A stretch of 63,978 nt of DNA, filler included, from Olpidium bornovanus S191 (Eukaryota > Fungi > Olpidiomycota), in NCBI GenBank assembly GCA_017911155.1. It is 28 parts of 28 records of this genome, joined end to end, with 100 filler letters (N's around TTAATTAATTAA, not from the genome) between each part and the next. Parts side by side here need not be neighbours in the genome. Positions count along the whole stretch, not along the records: positions 60,132 to 62,649 come from JAEFCI010008077.1; positions 62,750 to 63,978 come from JAEFCI010010999.1; 26 more parts are not named here. The stretch is one strand, 5' to 3'. Below, one piece after another: positions 60,032 through 63,978 of this stretch (position 1 is the first letter of the stretch; each line of letters begins with the position of its first letter). The notes below the pieces were generated by a model. The model had not been told where the DNA came from and did not search any database. It saw nothing but the letters and a program-made list of their open reading frames with translations. The translations under genes and the position numbers were made by a program.

Positions 60032-60180
60032 NNNNNNNNNNNNNNNNNNNNNNNNNNNNNNNNNNNNNNNNNNNNTTAATTAATTAANNNNNNNNNNNNN
60101 NNNNNNNNNNNNNNNNNNNNNNNNNNNNNNNCCCCCCCCACCTCCCCCCCCCCCCCCCCAGACGCCCCGGCGAGGAGGGC

Positions 60181-60217
<37 letters not shown>

Positions 60218-60357
60218 CCCCCCCCCCCCCCCCCCCCCCCCCGCCTGCGCCGACTTCCCTCTTCCCCGCAACATTAGATAAAACAACAAAAAAAGAATCT
60301 GCATCTTGCTCACCTTCACCCCCTCTCCCCGTCCCCCTCCCAACCCCGTCCCCAGCA

Positions 60358-62604
60358 ATGTCCTACGAAGAACAGCTCCGCTGGCACCTCGAGGAATTGC
60401 CGCCGGAGCCCGACCAGCCGGCGTGCCTGGATGGGTCGCTGCGGGTGCGGGAGTGGGCGCAGCACTACCCGCAGGTGGACGTGGAGCCCGGGTTCTTCCG
60501 CCCGCTACCACCGCCGCCGCCGCCGCCGTCGTCCTCCTCCTCATCCCCCTCCGCCTCGCCGGCGGCGGAGGCGGCGCCGCCGCCGTCCGCGACCAGCCAC
60601 CAGCTGGTGGCCGCCGTGCTGAAGGAGCACGCGAAGAGCGCGGCGTTCCGCGAGGCGAAAACCGCGGAGCTCGCCGTCAGGCTGGACGAGTGCGACGCGA
60701 GGATGGTCTGCGCCGTGGCGGCGGCCGACGGCGGCGGCGGCGGCGAGGCGAAGGGGGCAAAGCCGCCCACGCTGCAGTCCGTCCTCGAGGACGTTGAGAT
60801 GGTACGGCGGGGGGGAAGCGGGGGAGCGGGAGGGGGAGCAGGATGTGGGCGGTGTGTGTTCTCCTGTTTCTCGTTCTCGCTTCCTTTCCCTTCCCCGGCC
60901 GCCGCAAAAAAAATCCCACTTCCCCCTCCCCCCAATCTCCCCCCTCTTCTTCCGCCGCACCCACGGGCGATCGACGGCTCCCGTCGTCCCCCTCCTTAAC
61001 ATTCCCTTCCCCCGCGTCGGTCTTTTTTTTTTTTTTTTTTTTTTTTTTGGGGGGGGGTGGGTGGGAGAAGGGGATCTTAATCATTTTCTCTCAATTTCTA
61101 TTCCCCCTTTCCCATTGATCATCATGACATCGTTGTCTTCTCGCATTTCCGCCGCGCGCCTCCTGCCCGCCTTCCCGCACACGCACCCGCCCCCCCGCCC
61201 CAGATAAATCTCGAGCTGAGCCTCTTGGAAAAGTTCACCGCGACCTGCCGGGAGTCGTACGAGCTGTTCCTTCGGCGCGTCGACCCCCAGGCGCTGGCGC
61301 CGTACATGGAGAGCGTGGAGCAGGTGGCGGAGAGGATCCGGCCGGACAAACCGCGGATCGCGCAGCTCGTCGGCAGGCTGTCGAGGAGGTACGACGAGCT
61401 GAGGAGCGGGCGGGTCGCCGGCGGCGGGGACGGCAAGGGACCCGCGGGTAACAACGTCAGCACGTTCGTCCGGAAGAGCATCAAGTACTGGGTGGGTGGT
61501 CGACCGCGCGAATGGGGGGGGGGGAAGGGGAAGGTCAAACGGGGTGACAGTTCTTTTTTTTATTGTTTCTCCCACGACCCCGACTCAAAATTCTTGTACT
61601 TCTTCTTTTGTCCACACACACCGCAGGTCCACCCCGACAACCTGACGGAGATCAAGTGCCACATCCTTCGGCACCTGCCAATCTACGTTTTCCCGAACGC
61701 GGACGGGACGCCGCACAACCCTGCTGTGTCGTCGGTGTACTACGACAACGACGACCTCCAGCTGTACACCGGCCGGCTGCTGAAGCAGGACGAGGCAATC
61801 GCGCTGCGGATCCGGTGGTACGGGGCGCCGGACACGCCGACGGTGTTCGTCGAGAACAAGGTGCACTACGAGGATTGGACGGGCGAGCCGAGCACCAAGT
61901 CGAGGTTCGGGCTGGAGGAGAGCTTGGCGAACGAGTTCATGGCGGGCACGTTCACCCTGGACGCGAGGATCCGAGAGCTCGCCGCGCAGGGGAAGCTGCC
62001 GCAGAAGGAGATCGAGGCGATGGACAGGCTCGCGAAGGACGTCCAGAGGGTCGTCAGGGAAAAGCAGCTCAGGCCGATGGTCCGCACGTTCTACCACCGG
62101 ACCGCCTTCCAGATCCCCGGGTCGGCCAAAGTCAGGCTCAGCATCGACGAGGACCTGACGTTCATCCGGGAAGACGCCAACGTGGTGGGGAGGAAGGGAA
62201 AAGACGGAGCAGGTACGAGGAGGGGGAAAAAAACAAAACGAGATGGGGGCGGCGCGAGATGGGGAGGAGGGGGCGAAAAGAAGTAGAAGAGGAGTTTGTG
62301 CTGACGGGCGAAGCAAAAAGGAACTCTTTCTTCCTCACTGGTGATCGTTGTTTCTGTTTTTATCCCGGGGCAAAAACCGTTCGTGCTTACCTTCGCGAGG
62401 GCCGTTGGGGTGGCGGGGGCCGCGCTGTCGTCAGAACCTGATGCGAACTGGCGCCGCCGCGACGTCGGCATCGATTGGCCTTTCCAGCATCTCCCTGAGA
62501 ACGAGGTCCACCACTTCCCCTACGCCATCATGGAGGTGAAGCTGGAGGTGGAAACGGGGAAAGAGCCTCCGCTCTGGATCCGGGAATTGATGCAGAGTCA
62601 GCTT
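60358..62604 (+). CDS. VTC polyphosphate polymerase complex subunit (Vtc4/Vtc2-3 family) with a divergent SPX-like N-terminus, 3'-truncated
   Basis: FVRKSIKYW|VHPDN...ILRHLP, SSVYYDN, LRIRWYG, FVENKVHYEDWTGE.STKSRF, RTFYHRTAFQIPG..KVRLSID, and FPYAIMEVKL. Confidence 0.96.
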
Positions 62605-62749
62605 GTGAGTTGAAAACCACCGATTCTCTCTACTTCCCTCGGCCCACAANNNNNNNNNNNNNNNNNNNNNNNNNNNNNNNNNNNNNNNNNNNNTTAATTA
62701 ATTAANNNNNNNNNNNNNNNNNNNNNNNNNNNNNNNNNNNNNNNNNNNN

Positions 62750-63860
62750 CATGTTTCGACCGCCGGTGGCCATAGCGACGTTGCCCGTCTCAAACTTGAC
62801 AAAATCGGTGATCTTGCCAGTTTCGAGGTCAAACTTCACCGTGTCGTTGACCTTGATGAGAGGGTCCGGGTAGCGAATAGTGCGCCCATCGTGGGTGACG
62901 ATAAACGGAATTCCGCGGGCGCCGAGGGCAACCTTTTTGACCTTGCAGAGTTTGTACTTTTGTTTCCAATTCCACGGAATGATTTTTCCGCGTAAGGGCA
63001 ACAGGAGAAGACATACCCGGGCGACCAGGTGAGTAAATCCTAGTTATTAGAATCTGCCGCACAATCTTGACCGACAAACCTTTGCCTCTTCAGCGGTAAT
63101 CCTGTGGACAGTAAAACGGCCCTTGGTGTCGTAGACGAGACGAAAGTTTTCCCCAGTTCTCTCGATGGATATGACGTCCATGAAGCCTGCGGGGTAGGTG
63201 ATGTCGGTGCGAACCTTGTTGTCGACCTTCACCAAACGCTGCATGAGAATGGCGTTGGTCTCGCGGTAATTGAGGGCGTACTTCAGCCGGTTGCGGAGAA
63301 AAATGATGAGCGGCAGGCACTCGCGTAGTTTGTGCGGCCCAGTAGAGGGACGCGGAGCCTAGAAAAAGGAAACAAGTCAGGCCGGGCGCTTCAACGCGCC
63401 ACCGAAACGGCAGCCGTAAAAAGCGACTCGATAGGCACGTACATACGTCCCCGTCAGCTTATCCAGAAGCCAGTGCTTCGGAGCGGCGAGGCGCTTCAGA
63501 TGCTTCTTCGGTCCGCGAGCCTGCCGGAAACGATGGAGCGGTCAGAGGGCGACAACCACCGCAAGCTTGCGACAAAACCTGTAGCAGGTCCGGCCGCGCC
63601 GGCAGTGACCAGCCCATCGATCCGCGGTCCTGGCTTGACACGGTATCCCCCGGCGCGCTAAGCGGCAACTCGGTCATCCGGCGCTTCAGCAAAGGCTCCG
63701 TGGCGCCTGAAGAGTTTCGTGACACCGGCAAACGGGCGGAGGCGTCCGCGCGCGCGCTCGGACGGGTTGGAAGATGGGATGGCTCTCCGCGGGGGCACCA
63801 CGCGTCGGGGGGATGGGGGGGGGGTGTGGTGTGTTGCCGTGGCGGCGGGCTCCTCACCAT
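62750..63860 (-). CDS. RPS4: 40S ribosomal protein eS4 (exons 63860-63858, 63520-63443, 63358-63080, 62956-62750), 3'-truncated
   Basis: M|[22 protein letters not shown]...HKLRECLPL...YPAGFMDVI...[12 protein letters not shown]. Confidence 0.99.
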
Positions 63861-63978
63861 GCCAGCTGTAGGCCTGTTTAATGATATCACGGTCAGCTGG
63901 CCTCCTGCCTTGGGTTCCAAGCGTGCAACGAATCTCGGTCTGGCCGGGTGGAAACACACCCCCAGGCGTGGGGCGCAG

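Noticed and set aside
63521-63857. Intronic snoRNA in the long first intron of RPS4
   Set aside because: No RTGATGA...CTGA box pair or H/ACA layout was found.

Overview
This window is not one locus. It is 28 short contigs (about 1-3.7 kb) joined by 27 artificial 100-bp linkers (44 N + TTAATTAATTAA + 44 N), so neighbours across linkers mean nothing biologically. The DNA is eukaryotic and fungal: GC-rich exons, short GT-AG introns, homopolymer-rich introns and contig ends. Fungal markers (NST1, a VTC subunit, nuclear NAM9, UPF0658) occur with genes yeasts lost (muskelin, KDM3-type JmjC), which points to an early-diverging fungus. The style resembles what I recall of the fragmented Olpidium draft, but that is unverified. 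Recognisable, mostly partial genes: GBF1/Gea ARF-GEF, TFIP11/Ntr1, NST1, DHX29-like helicase, PAN3, KDM3-type demethylase, prolyl oligopeptidase, UPF0658 membrane protein, NAM9/uS4m, XRCC3/Rad57, muskelin, ANKZF1/Vms1, a cytochrome P450, a VTC subunit and RPS4. There are also an intronless 4-RRM protein, a complete conserved fungal mitochondrial membrane protein, several orphan coiled-coil genes, three decayed Ty1/copia pol relics and two LTR ends with half-tRNA primer sites. Best leads: (1) a VTC subunit whose SPX domain has lost the inositol-pyrophosphate-binding lysines; (2) a disrupted RNase III-dsRBD gene carrying the exact equivalent of the E. coli E117K bind-but-not-cut allele; (3) an intronless, apparently mitochondrion-targeted 4-RRM protein; (4) Ty5/copia-type half-tRNA priming; (5) two alternating-dimer minisatellites; (6) strong enrichment of CATG at contig ends. 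No database searches were run; family calls rest on motifs recognised by eye.
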